Shown: piece after piece, positions 10,965 through 22,654 of the stretch
Layout of the letters: every line of letters begins with the position of its first letter
How positions within the stretch are numbered: position 1 is the first letter of the stretch
NCBI RefSeq assembly: GCF_006345805.1
Contig: NC_043019.1
Span: 30,875,360 to 30,939,359 of the forward strand
Direction of reading: 5' to 3'
DNA: 64,000 bases
Origin: Octopus sinensis
Lineage: Eukaryota
Notes under the pieces: generated by a model
What the model was told of the DNA's origin: nothing
Databases searched by the model: none
The model's input: the letters and a program-made list of their open reading frames with translations, nothing else
Position numbers and translations under genes: made by a program

Positions 10965-11256
10965 CTTCATTATTTACATTATTTACATTATTTACATTAT
11001 TTACATTTGATGGATATTTATCCTCATCTTGTTTGTTGTTAACACAACGTTTCGGCTGATATTTCCTCCAGCCTTCATCAGGTGTTTTGGGGAAATTTTG
11101 AACCAGGATTCTCATTCTTAAGGTATTTTTCAATGTTATTATTATTATTCAGGTCACTGCTTGGAATCGAACTACTATCTTGGGGTTAGTAGCTCGCGCG
11201 CTCTTAACCACTATGCCATATGTACATAATTCCTCATCTCTTAAATATAGAACAGT
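10965..11256 (-). mobile_element. Penelope-like terminal-repeat element carrying a tRNA-like head and a hammerhead
   Basis: Minus-strand arm 11220->10965 (A box, B box, hammerhead, (ATGTAAATA)n) abuts a plus-strand tail TGTACATAATTCCTCATCTCTTAAATATAGAAC; homologues at 45131-45735 and 62410-62910. Confidence 0.7.
11041..11086 (-). ncRNA. Minimal type I hammerhead ribozyme motif
   Basis: AACAC-CUGAUGA-A-GGCUG[GAGGAAAUAU]CAGCC-GAA-ACGU-U/GUGUU: intact core, 5-bp stem II, 5-bp stem I, palindromic ACGU in place of stem III. Confidence 0.8.
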
Positions 11257-11365
11257 ACCTTCTTCATCCCACCAGTCTTGAAAACCTTGCCAAAATAGAT
11301 CATATAGTCCCCGATCATGCAGGCCCCTAGGCTACATAAGACTTATTTAATCAAAAGGCAATATT

Positions 11366-11771
11366 ACTCTTTACTCTTTTACTTGTTTCAGTCATTTGAC
11401 TGCGGCCATGCTGGAGCACCGCCTTTAGTCGAGCAAATCGACCCCGGGACTTATTCTTTGTAAGCCCAGTACTTATTCTATCGGTCTCTTTTGCCGAACC
11501 GCTAAGTGACGGGGATGTAAACACACCAGCATTGGTTGTCAAGCAATGCTAGGGGGACAAACACAAACATATACACACACACCCATACATATATATACAT
11601 ATATACGACAGGCTTCTTTCAGTTTCCGTCTACCAAATCCACTCACAAGGCATTGGTCAGCCCAGAGCTATAGCAGAAGACACTTGCCCAAGATGCCATG
11701 CAGTGGGACTGAACCCGGAACCATGTGGCTGGTTAGCAAGCTACTTACCACACAGCCACTCCTGCGCCTAT
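11366..11771 (-). mobile_element. SINE family A, full length, CpG-retaining
   Basis: Nearly the reverse complement of 21750-22163. Confidence 0.9.
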
Positions 11772-12372
11772 AATATGTACATTATACTTGAAAATTAGTT
11801 GTTATTTAGTTCCAGATCAACTGATTGAGCAAGAACTGTGTTTAAAGATGATCCAGACATGTCATCTTGTCTTTATACCAGGTGCAATATATTTAGGACC
11901 ACCTTAGTCAAAGCAGGCCTCCATTTTCTTGATGAAATATGAGAAAAATTATGTAGATATTTCTAGCAATTACAGAATGGTTGGCAGATTTAATCCATTG
12001 ATCAATTTAATGCAGTCATTAGCAAACTGCAGTTCATGAGACTTTCTGAATGGCACAACTAATGAAAAATTACATTGGATGTTTTTAGCAGTGTGGCCCA
12101 CCCAATGGTTAGCCATGTCTCATGTAGCCTACTTCTCAAAGAATGTTGTCCTTGCCTGGTTTAATAGTACTATGCAGCCCATGTGTGCTTCTGACAACAT
12201 CCACTCTGTTTTTATCATTCAGACAAAAGTCCTTGATCAGAGGATAACTCGGTCCTTTCCTCTGACTAATTACAGAGGCCTTGAAAAGAGTTAAGGATGC
12301 TGACTACCCCACCCCTGCCATGTGACCAAGTCATGTAAAAAGAAGAAACAGGCATGTAGAAACACTCACACT

Positions 12373-12403
<31 letters not shown>

Positions 12404-13563
12404 CTCTCTCATGGCTCAACTTGAAACTCGGTTCAATATTAATGCTCATCTTGCTTTGTATTCAAATATGTTGCTGAGCCACAGTAACAATTTGCATGAC
12501 TCAACAGATAAGCAACAACTTTATCGATTTAAACAACAATACAGAGAAACCAGTTACCATCATAAACACCATAAAAGCCATTCCTTTTATTGCAGAAAAT
12601 ATATTAGAACCTGTTTCTGAGTGGGTTTTTTTTTTTTTTTACTTAAGTTTACATTAGACAGACAACTTGTGCTAATTACTAACATATTATATAGTATTAG
12701 TGAAAGTGAATCAATATACAGAGACTAGATCTAACAAGTCTGTCATTAAAATGCTGCTGGATAATATATTACTTAAAATCAGTCTAATTGAAATTTGTAC
12801 TCAACTGACTGCACACATGCCTCTAAACACAAACACGGGAGCTTCTAATGTATTAAAAAACAAAATATATTGATCGAATGCCACACACAAACAGAACCAA
12901 CGGAAAACTATTTGAATGGTTAAGCTATTCTACACAAATGCAGGCGAATTTCCATACCAAGCACAAAACCATAAGTTAATGCAAAGCAAAAAAAAAAAAT
13001 GCAGAAAAAATAAAAAAATACAGAAAAAAAACCGATTGAAATGAAAGAATGCAGAAGATCAACTGCAAATTCTGTCAGCTGACCTCAATGTTACACCTTT
13101 TTAGTACTCTGCTCCAACAAAGTTAAGCTTCAACCTCAAAATTGGTTCAAACTTGAATTTTTATAAATGAAAAAAAAGTTTCAAATGTCTTTTTCCTTTT
13201 ATTTGTATCAGCCATTAGACTGTGGCCATGGTTGGGCATCACCTTGGTGAACTTTCGGTAGAACAAATTGACCCCAGTACATATTTTAAGTACGGTACTT
13301 ATTCTCATCATCATCATTGTCATTGTTTAACGTCTGTTGTCCATCCTGGTATGGGTTGGATGGCTTCAGCCAGAGTGAAAAGTTGAGGGGCTGCACCAGA
13401 CTCCAGTCTGGTTTGACATGGTTTTTATAGCTTGATGCCCTTCCTAATGTCAACTGGTCTCATTTTGCTGAACTGCTATGTTACTGGGACAAAAAAGCAG
13501 AAACCTAACACTGGTTGTCAAGCAGTGGTGGGAGAAGAACAGACACAACACACACACACATGC

Positions 13564-13595
<32 letters not shown>

Positions 13596-13647
13596 ATCAT
13601 TATTTAATAATTTATCAGTGGCCTGCATACTAAAAATACCATAATGG

Positions 13648-13813
13648 TTATAAGAAGAGTGTTGAATGATTACCACACCAGTCTGCTAGAAATAGACCCC
13701 TCACTGTCTATTTTCCTCACTTACAACCTTGTGTAGTGGAATGATAATCTAAGTGGTTCATAGAACTTTTTGGGGTCTATTTCTAGCAGACTGGTGTTGT
13801 AGTCATTCAACAC
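13648..13813. repeat. Inverted repeat (42-bp arms 13659-13700 and 13772-13813), MITE-like
   Basis: GTGTTGAATGATTACCACACCAGTCTGCTAGAAATAGACCCC versus its reverse complement with 2 mismatches; right arm continues after the LINE at 14841-14856. Confidence 0.85.
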
Positions 13814-14832
13814 AGATGCCAACATAGATGCCAACTTAAAGAATGCCACAGTGCTGAAATATGCAGATGACATCAAGCTGTACCTCGAAATAAAGAGGTC
13901 AAATCCTGTACACTATAGATCTCTATTGCAAGCAGACCTGGACACAATGCAGCAGTGGATCATGGACTGCAACTCAAGCTGGCTGTGGACAAATGTACCA
14001 CCATGCATTTTGGGAGGAGAAACCCAGCGTCCACCTACTCCCTCCACAACACTAGTCTCAAAAAGTCTTCATGTGAACGTGACCTGGGTGTTATTGTCGA
14101 CAGTGAATTGAGTTGGACAAAACACATCGCTAAAATTGTCAAGAAGGCTGGGGGTGTCTTGGCATCACTCACCAAATCCTTTGTGAGCCGCTCTCCGGCT
14201 ATCTATCTGCGGCTTTATATAGCTATGGTAAGACCTCACCTGGAATTTGCATCACCGGTCTGGAACCCCTATCTTGCACAGGACATCAATTGTCTGGAAG
14301 CTGTTCAGCGACGTGCAACCAAAAGAATACCCTCCATCAGGCATTTGCCATATCCTGAACGCCTTACTTCCCTGGGCATGGACACATTGAAACTCCGACG
14401 TCTGGCAGCTGACTTGGCAGACACCCATAAAATTACCAACCATTGCACAAACAATAACTCTGAGCACCTCTTCAAACTCCACCCATCTAATACCCGTGGA
14501 CATATTTACAAAGTAAGAAAACAGCACAGCTCCCATGATTTCAGGAAACATTTTTTCACGCTGAGAGTTGCTGAAGCATGGAACAAACTGCCGGCATCGG
14601 TTGTTAGTTGTCGGAGCACTGCATCCTTCAAAACTTCCATGCTTCCTGAGATTCGCCAACACTACACTTGATTTTCTCCCCTCCATACACACACAAGCAT
14701 GTATCTGACTCATACAGTGTTCGCTTTCCAGACATTTCTACATTACTGCATGTACTTTATATGCACTTTCTGACAAGTTATGGTGCACCTGAGCACTGTA
14801 TACAATAATTTTATTATTATTATTATTATTAT
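13814..14832 (+). mobile_element. 5'-truncated CR1-group LINE (RT C-terminus, frameshift near 13967, 3' UTR, (TTA)n tail)
   Basis: KYADD motif (ORF 13851), then ERDLGV, VRPHLE..VWNP, LEAVQRRATK, TRGH and FFTLRVAEAWNKLP (ORF 13955-14671). Confidence 0.93.
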
Positions 14833-15412
14833 ATTATTTTAACACCCTTACTATAATTTATATATATATATATATAGCAGTAGCTGTGTGGTAAGTAGCT
14901 TGCTTACCAACCACATGGTTCCAGGTTCAGTCCCACTGTGTGACACCTTGGGCAAGTGCTTTCTACTGTAGCCTCGGGCCAACCAAAGCCTTGTGAATGG
15001 ATTTCGTAGATGGAAACATCAGTGGCGACTCTGGAACTCAGACTGTTCAGGCTTAGCCTGAATATAAATTTAGTAAAGTGAAAGTGCATTTGCAAGCTGA
15101 TTTAATTTCTACCAACACTAACTTCAAGTATGTAATTGCAGCCAATAACAACTCAGGCTCCTTTTATTGAGCCTGATCACAGTTCATTTATTTTTGTTCA
15201 ACATCTGGTTGCCATCTTAGACAAGGAAACACAAACATATGCACCCACTCACACGTACACAGACTTACACATGCATACATACACGGTTAAATTGAAGGAT
15301 ACCAAGTAAAGACCCTGAAGAAATTACACCAGTATTATAGTAGGGTTGCAATTGCAATGGTTCCTTGTTGGTGCAGTTAAAATATGTGTAGGTCTATGTA
15401 AAGCTGTATAGA

Positions 15413-15790
15413 TCATCATCATCATCATCGTTTAATGTTTGCTTTCCATGCTAACATGGTTTGGACGATTTGACTGATGTCTGATGAACCAGACTCCAAT
15501 CTGATTTGGCAGAGTTTCTACAGCTGGATGCACTTCCTAACGTCAACCCCTCCGAGAGTGTAGTGAATGTTTTTACATACCACCGGCATGAGGGCCAGTC
15601 AGTGGGTACTGGCAACGGCCACGCTCAAATGGCGCTTTTTATGTGCCACATGCACAGGAGCCAGTTCAGCAGCACTGGCAACGACCTTGCTCGAATGTTT
15701 TTTCATGTGCCACCAGCACAAGTGCCAGTAAAGCAATCTAGGTAACGATCATGCTCGAAGTGGTGCCACTGGCATGAACGTGCCACCACT
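15413..15790 (-). mobile_element. Family D: non-autonomous retroelement with RTE-type (TGA)n tail
   Basis: (CAT)n-CGTTTAA..CTTTCCATGCT..GGATGC.CTTCCTAACG..internal repeats of GCTTTTTAyGTGCCAC; further copies at 4010, 13307, 16497, 32620, 44250 and 46444. Confidence 0.75.
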
Positions 15791-16496
15791 TCAATTTTGT
15801 GAGTTATTGTTGATTTCTTTGCATGCTTAGAACAAAATCATTAATCTGATAGAATGTCTTCTAAAAAATGACTAAAATATATGTACAAGTATTATTACTT
15901 TTTGTAAAACAGTCAACAACTATAGCTCTTTTTTTTTCTTTCTATTTTATCAACAAAAATCTGTGTCGAAAAATGTCAACTTATTTTGCGTATTTCAAGA
16001 TAAGAGCTTCGTAAGATACTTTCCAGAACTGTCATGGTCGACACACAAACTTTCACCTACGCAGTCATTCTCCACCACTGCTTCAACACATGCCAACTTC
16101 AATCAATATCCATTTCTCTGTCATATGCTATCATGTAGAACACATTGTAACCAAGATTCTTTCTTTGATACACTCACTAATGCATCCTTTCATTGGCTGA
16201 AATGTCAGTATATCTCAGAATTCAATAGCTAACAACCAACCAAACGTTATTTAATGGATGATTAAGAGAGACATATAAGCATCTGGGAATTCACAACATA
16301 GTGAGTGGGATGCATAAGAGGCATCTCTGGGGGTTTTACAGTTGTCTTTGAGTCATGCATATATTTGTGTTACTAGGATTTCATAGTTATAGATAGATAA
16401 GAGATGTTTACATGCATCTGCGAAATGGGTTGTGTTAAACATACATAGTTTAAAGGAAATATAGATTGACTGTTTTAGGAATCACAGACGTGACAC

Positions 16497-16778
16497 ATCA
16501 TCATCATCATCCTTTAGCATCCGCTTTCCATGCTAGCATCAGTTGGACGGTTCAACTGGGGTCTGGGAAGCCAGAAGGCTGCACTAGGTCCAATCTGATC
16601 TGGCAATGTTTCTACGGCTGGATGCCCTTCCTAATGCCAACCACTCTGTGAGTGTAGTGGGTGCTTTTTACGTGCCACCAGCACAGGTGCCAGACGAGGC
16701 TGGCAAACGGCCACGATCAGATGGTGCTTTTTATGTGCCACCAGCACAGGGGCCAGGCGAGGCTGGCAACGGCCACAA
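16497..16778 (-). mobile_element. Family D retroelement copy
   Basis: Same sequence family as 15413-15790 and 46444-46770. Confidence 0.75.
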
Positions 16779-17280
16779 ATGATCAAATTTGGAAATAACT
16801 ACAGACTGTATATTAGTTCAAATGGTAAGACCAACACACCGCCCAGTTTAAATCATAACTTGTTCTAACTTGTGTGGTAGGTCTAACGCACTGTCCAGTT
16901 TAACATCAACACCTAGTCTAACTAGAGTGCTTGGTCTATATCAGTGCTCTGCAGTCTTTTTTCACTTGGGGTTCACTTATATTCTTTTCAAAATTTGGTG
17001 GCACACCTGAACTGAAAGGTTAGACTGCAGCACACCTGGCATACCTGTGGAGCACTAGTTCATATAACCATTGAGTTTAACAGCTTTGTTTAATGTAGGT
17101 ATCGGCTTAACACCTCCATCCAGTTTACCATCTTATCAGTCTTAGGGGAGTAAACCTGAAACTTTATCTAATTCAATGCTACCTGATACTTTTGTGGTGG
17201 CAGCTAACACACCCACTTCAACTCTATAGCAGCTAAATTTCCCTCAAATACCTACTGGTTAAGGAATAGAGAAGAATGTA

Positions 17281-17477
17281 TTAACCTTTTTGCATTCAGA
17301 TTACTCTGTCAAATATGATGTTTATTTATTCACATTGTTTTGAATTAATCATTCATTTTCTTGTAGCTTTGTTTATGTTTAGAATGACATTGTAGGGTAA
17401 GTGTGAGAAGCCAGATTGAACATAAGACAGTTAGACTTTTTGGGCTGCATATGTTTGGTTTAAATACTAATGGATTA
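17281..17477 (+). mobile_element. Older piggyBac-like MITE family 2
   Basis: TTAACCTTTTTGCATT start and decayed ATACTAATGGATTA end; reverse-oriented relative at 52589-52813. Confidence 0.55.
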
Positions 17478-17584
17478 GAAAGCTGTACTTCCTGTGATAC
17501 AAAAGACAAGATAATCACAGCAGGAATATTTTTGACCATAAGTTTCCTTAATCAGGACTGACCTGGGGCTAAACTGAAAGGACA

Positions 17585-17585
<1 letters not shown>

Positions 17586-17683
<98 letters not shown>

Positions 17684-17725
17684 ATATATATATATATACA
17701 CACATACATATATATACATATATAT

Positions 17726-17790
<65 letters not shown>

Positions 17791-17815
17791 TAGATAGATA
17801 GATAGATAGATAGAT
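17586..17815. repeat. Compound microsatellite (TCTA)n-(TA)n-(TAGA)n
   Basis: Directly visible. Confidence 0.95.
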
Positions 17816-17971
17816 GTATAAATATATATATATATGCGTGTATGTGTGAAAAGGTTGAATTATATTTTGTTCTTTAATTTGGAGGATTCCAAAATCAATT
17901 TCTAATATAGATTCTTCATATTTTGCTGATAGCTTACTGGTGTAAGTTTGCGAATATGAAAATAATACTTG

Positions 17972-18100
17972 TATATGGTGTGTTATATGAATTTATGGAA
18001 AGGAATGCCATAAAACCCAACAAATTTGTTAAAAATGGAGAAGAGAAGATGTTAAAATTTAAGAGAATTCCTTTCCATAAATTCATATAACACCCATATA
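17972..18100. mobile_element. Small TA-flanked MITE (Tc1/mariner-like), ~34-bp TIRs
   Basis: TATATGGTGTGTTATATGAATTTATGGAAAGGAAT ... ATTCCTTTCCATAAATTCATATAACACCCATATA. Confidence 0.7.
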
Positions 18101-18104
18101 TATA

Positions 18105-18144
<40 letters not shown>

Positions 18145-18147
<3 letters not shown>

Positions 18148-18530
18148 CATAGGAGTGGCTGTGTGGTAAGTAGCCTGCTTACCAACCACATGGTTCCAGG
18201 TTCAGTCCCACTGCGTGGCACCTTGGGTAAGTGTCTTCTACTATAGCCTTGGGCTGACCAAAGCCTTGTGAGTGGTTTTGGTAGACGGAAACTGAAAGAA
18301 GCCCGTCATATATATGTAAATATATGTATGTGTGTATATGTTTGTATGTCTGTGTTTGTCCCCCCGACAACCGATGCTGGTGTGTTTATGTCCCCGTAAC
18401 TTACCAATTCGGCAAAGAGAAAAATAGAATAAGTACTCGGCTTACAAAGAATAAGTCCTGGGGTCGATATACTCGACTAAAGGCGGTGCTCCAGCATGGT
18501 TACAGTCAAATGACTGAGACAAGTAAAGAA
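18145..18530 (+). mobile_element. SINE family A, full length
   Basis: AGGCATAGGAGTGGCTGTGTGGTAAGTAG...GACTGAGACAAGTAAA. Confidence 0.9.
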
Positions 18531-18536
18531 AAAAAG

Positions 18537-18572
<36 letters not shown>

Positions 18573-19639
18573 GATATAGATATAGATAATAAGATAGATG
18601 TAGGTATGTATGAACGCATATATGCACACACATTGGGCTTCTCTCAGTTTCTGTCAACCAAGTCTACTGTGAAGGCTTTGGACATCCCATCACTATAAAA
18701 GACACTTGCCCAAGGTGCTACACAGCAGAACTGAACCCAGAACCATGTGGTCAGGAAGCAAACTTCTTACCACACCACCACACCTGCACTTATTGGTGTG
18801 ATTAGATGAAAAGGTGGCTGCTCTTTCTTACAGATTGTGGGACCACATAAAGGCTCCTTCTGTGATTGCTCAGCTCGTAGAGAAGAGGACTTACTGCAAC
18901 TGTAATCACTTTGAATCGTGGGTGTTAGCAGCATTTTGTAGTAATCTTTCCACCACATAATGGCTTAGGTTTATTCAAACCAAGTATGCTAATGTTTCTG
19001 CATTGACACTCAAAGAAGGTCAAAGGTCGAAGCAATAACTTATGAAACTAGTTGACTTGTCAAAATATTGTTAACTGTTAGAAAGAAAAGTTAATATATT
19101 GGGAATTCTATGCGGCTTTTACTTGAAGAATTTGGAATGAATATTAGGCATTTTCTCTCACAGGAAAAATGATTTCTTGTAAGAAGAAAAAAAAAAAGAA
19201 AACCCAAAATATCCATAAAACATTTCTGTAACTTTTTTTTTTTGCTTTTTGCAGGTTTATTTATATATTTATTTTTTTCTTGTATATGTTAATTTTTCTC
19301 TTACCAATAAAAGATAGGTAAATCCTTGGTGAACTAGTTAATCGATGAAAGATAGATTTCTTAGCTATTCATGTTCTGAAACTAGAAAACTAGAGACTGT
19401 TTCACTTACACACGAACGTGTACAGTCATTTAAATTGTTCTCAAAGAGAAAGTGTCAGGAAAAACAACAAAATACAATATTCCATTTTCAAAAATCATGC
19501 TTTTAATGCCAGGAAGTATTGATGTAGAAGGAATCAAAATGATTACAGCTGATGAAATATAATATGCTTCAACTCTCTGCTGTATCTGCTTCTGAGCCGC
19601 ATGCGTCTCTGTGTATGCATGCAGAAATGGTTGATAGGC

Positions 19640-20430
19640 GGAGGGGAAAGAGTTGGAGAGAGAGGGAAAGAGTAAGAGATTGATAGGGTGAGAGATGGGT
19701 GGATAGAGAGAGGGATGGATAGAGAAAGAGAGAGATGGATAGAGAGAGATGAATAGAGAGAAAGAGATCGATATATATAGAGAGAGGGGGTGGATAGAGA
19801 GAGGAATGGATAGAGAGAGAGAGAGATGGAGAGAGAGAGAGGGATGGAAAGAGGAAGAGAGAGATGGTTAGAGAGATGAATAGAGAGAAAGAGATCGATA
19901 TATATATAGAGAGGGGGTGGATAGAGAGAGGGATGGATAGAGATAGAGGTGGATAAGAGAGAGAGATGGATAGAGAGAGAGAGGGATAGAGAGAGAGAGA
20001 TGAATAGAGAGAGGGGGTGGATAGAGAGAGGGATGGATAGAGATAGAGATGGATAGAGACAGAGATGGATAAAGAAAGAGAGATGGATAGAGAGAGAGAG
20101 AGAGAGGGATAGGTAGAGAGAGGGATTGATAGAGAAAGAGATGGAGAGAGAAAGAGAGATCGATAGAGAGAGTGACAGGGATGGGTAGAGGAAGAGATGG
20201 AGAGAGAGATGGATAGAGAAAGAAAGTGATAGAGAAAGAGTGGGATAGATAAAGAGATGAAGAGAGGAAGAGAGAAAGAGAGAGAGATGGAAAGAGAAAA
20301 AGAGTGATAGAGAAAGAGAGGTATAGAGAAAGAGAGGGATAGAGAAAGAGAGAAAGAGTTAGATAGGGAAACAAATGGAGAGAAATGAGAAGGGGAAAAA
20401 GAATGAAAGGGAAAACGAAAAGAGAGAATG
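19640..20430. repeat. Purine-rich (GA)/(GATA)/(GGAT) compound microsatellite
   Basis: About 790 bp that are almost entirely G/A with scattered T on the + strand. Confidence 0.95.
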
Positions 20431-20534
20431 AAGTCATCTCTGGGTGAAGTCTTGCTTTAAAGCGGAGTTAGGCTTGGAAATCTATAACTCTTTTATGATT
20501 TATGCCGAGTTAAAAATTCTTATAATTATTCTAG

Positions 20535-21105
20535 ACACACACATACACATACATATATATATATATATATATACATACATATGTACATACATATATACAT
20601 ACATATACACATACATATACACATACATATATACATACATATATAAATACATATATACATACATAGACACATACATATATACATATAGACACACACCCAC
20701 ATACATATATACACACATATATACCTACATATATACACACATATATACATACATATATACATACTTATATACACACACACATACATATATACACACATAT
20801 ATACATAAAATATACATACATATACACATACATATATACATACCTATATACACACATATTTACACACATATATACATACCTATATACACACGCACATACA
20901 TATTTACATACATATATACATACATATATACACACATATATATGCATCTATACATACCTATATACACACGCACATACATATTTACACACATATATACATA
21001 CATATATACACATATATACGTACATATACACATACATATATACATAAAAATACACATACATATACACATACACATATACATACATATATACATACCCCCA
21101 CACAC
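20535..21105. repeat. Compound (TA)/(CA)/(TACA) microsatellite
   Basis: Directly visible; source of the YI/HT-rich ORFs. Confidence 0.95.
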
Positions 21106-21749
21106 AAACGGGTCTGTAGGCATTTGTGTCTGTATGTTAATACGTGTGTGGTGTACTCAGGCATGGTTTTCACTGAAAGGAAGTCATAACCATTTATGAC
21201 ATCCACATTTTCGAGAGATGCAAAAAGTGATTGACTTCATTTTTTTAGTAGGTTTGGATAGAACGAAACCAAACTGACAATTTAGCTAAGTTATTGGCAG
21301 ATGAAAGGATGGAAAGGTACACTTTGGTTTACTTATGGTAAATGCAATTTTCATGACAGCGATGATAAAAGGAAATATTGACTTAAGAGGTATTATACCA
21401 TAAAAGGCGCCACCCCACCCCGCCCACGCACACACACACAAGCAGCCACCCTAATATTTTGTGCAAAAACAACTATTCTTTTGTCATTTACTTGGTTTAG
21501 TCATTGGACTGTAGCCATGCTGGAGCACCACCTTGAAAGGTTTCAGTCAAACAAATCACCCCCCAGTACTTATGTTTATTTTTCATTTTATTTTTTTTAG
21601 TCTAGTATTTATTTTATTGGTGTCTTTTGCCAAACTGTTAAGTAATAAGGATGTAAACAAGCCAACACCAGTTGACAAGAGGGAAGGAGGAAATATGTCT
21701 GACAGAGACATACATATATAAATACATACATAAATATATATATATATAT

Positions 21750-22163
21750 AAGAGTGGCTGTGTGGTAAGTAGCTTGCTAACCAACCACATGGTTCCGGGT
21801 TCAGTCCCACTGTGTGGCATCTTGGGCAAGTGTCTTCTGCTATAGCCCCGGGCCGACCAATGCCTTGTGAGTGGATTTGGTAGACGGAAACTGAAAGAAG
21901 CCTGTCGTATATATGTATATATATATATAAGTGTGTGTGTATATGTTTGTGTGTCTGTGTTTGTCCCCCTAGCATTGCTTGACAACCGATGCTGGTGTGT
22001 TTACGTCCCCGTCACTTAGCGGTTCGGCAAAAGAGACCGATAGAATAAGTACTGGGCTTACAAAGAATAAGTTCCGGGGTCGATTTGCTCGACTAAAGGC
22101 GGTGCTCCAGCATGGCTGCAGTCAAATGAGTGAAACAAGTAAAAGATTAAAAGAGTAAAAGAG
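21750..22163 (+). mobile_element. SINE family A, full length, next to an oppositely oriented partial copy (21480-21710)
   Basis: Family A consensus from GAGTGGCTGTGTGGTAAG to GAAACAAGTAAAAGA. Confidence 0.9.
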
Positions 22164-22654
22164 TATATATATATATATATATATACATGCAGGTAATCTG
22201 TGCATTTAGCTTGAAGTGGAATAGTCTATGCCTTCTCAGCCCTCCCTATTCCTTTTCTCTCCTTTTATCATCACCTATATTCTGTCATAAGGAATCAGCA
22301 CTAAGTGCAATCCTTCTTGCCTTATACATCAAACTTCTAATATTTTATCCCTGCCCAAGTGAAACCAATATGGTTGCTCTCACTCAGGAAGGGACAGAGC
22401 TTTAGCAGTCTCTCAGCCCATAATACCTTGCTACAACCCCAATGGGACCAACTTTTTTTGCTGTGACACTATTTCTTGATGGAAAAGAAAAGCAAGTTGA
22501 ACTATGGTACAAAGCATAAATTTTGTAAAAACTCTAAAAAATTTAAGTCATATTTTTCAGATTATTTTAAGCCAGTTCTAACCATCAAGACATTAAGATC
22601 ACATGCACAGATTATAATTCTTGATGGATTAAAGGCTTAATTCATTGCCCAGTT

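Noticed and set aside
11546-11773. Recurrent small ORFs (e.g. ...QIHSQG...CPRCHTVGLNPEPCGW) suggesting a peptide gene family
   Set aside because: Antisense readings of SINE family A, with frames that vary between copies.
13955-14671. Host gene or functional reverse transcriptase
   Set aside because: 5'-truncated, frameshifted LINE fragment with paralogous fragments in the same window.
19868-21206. 189-aa and 251-aa ORFs
   Set aside because: Stop-free frames of GA-rich and TA/CA microsatellites.
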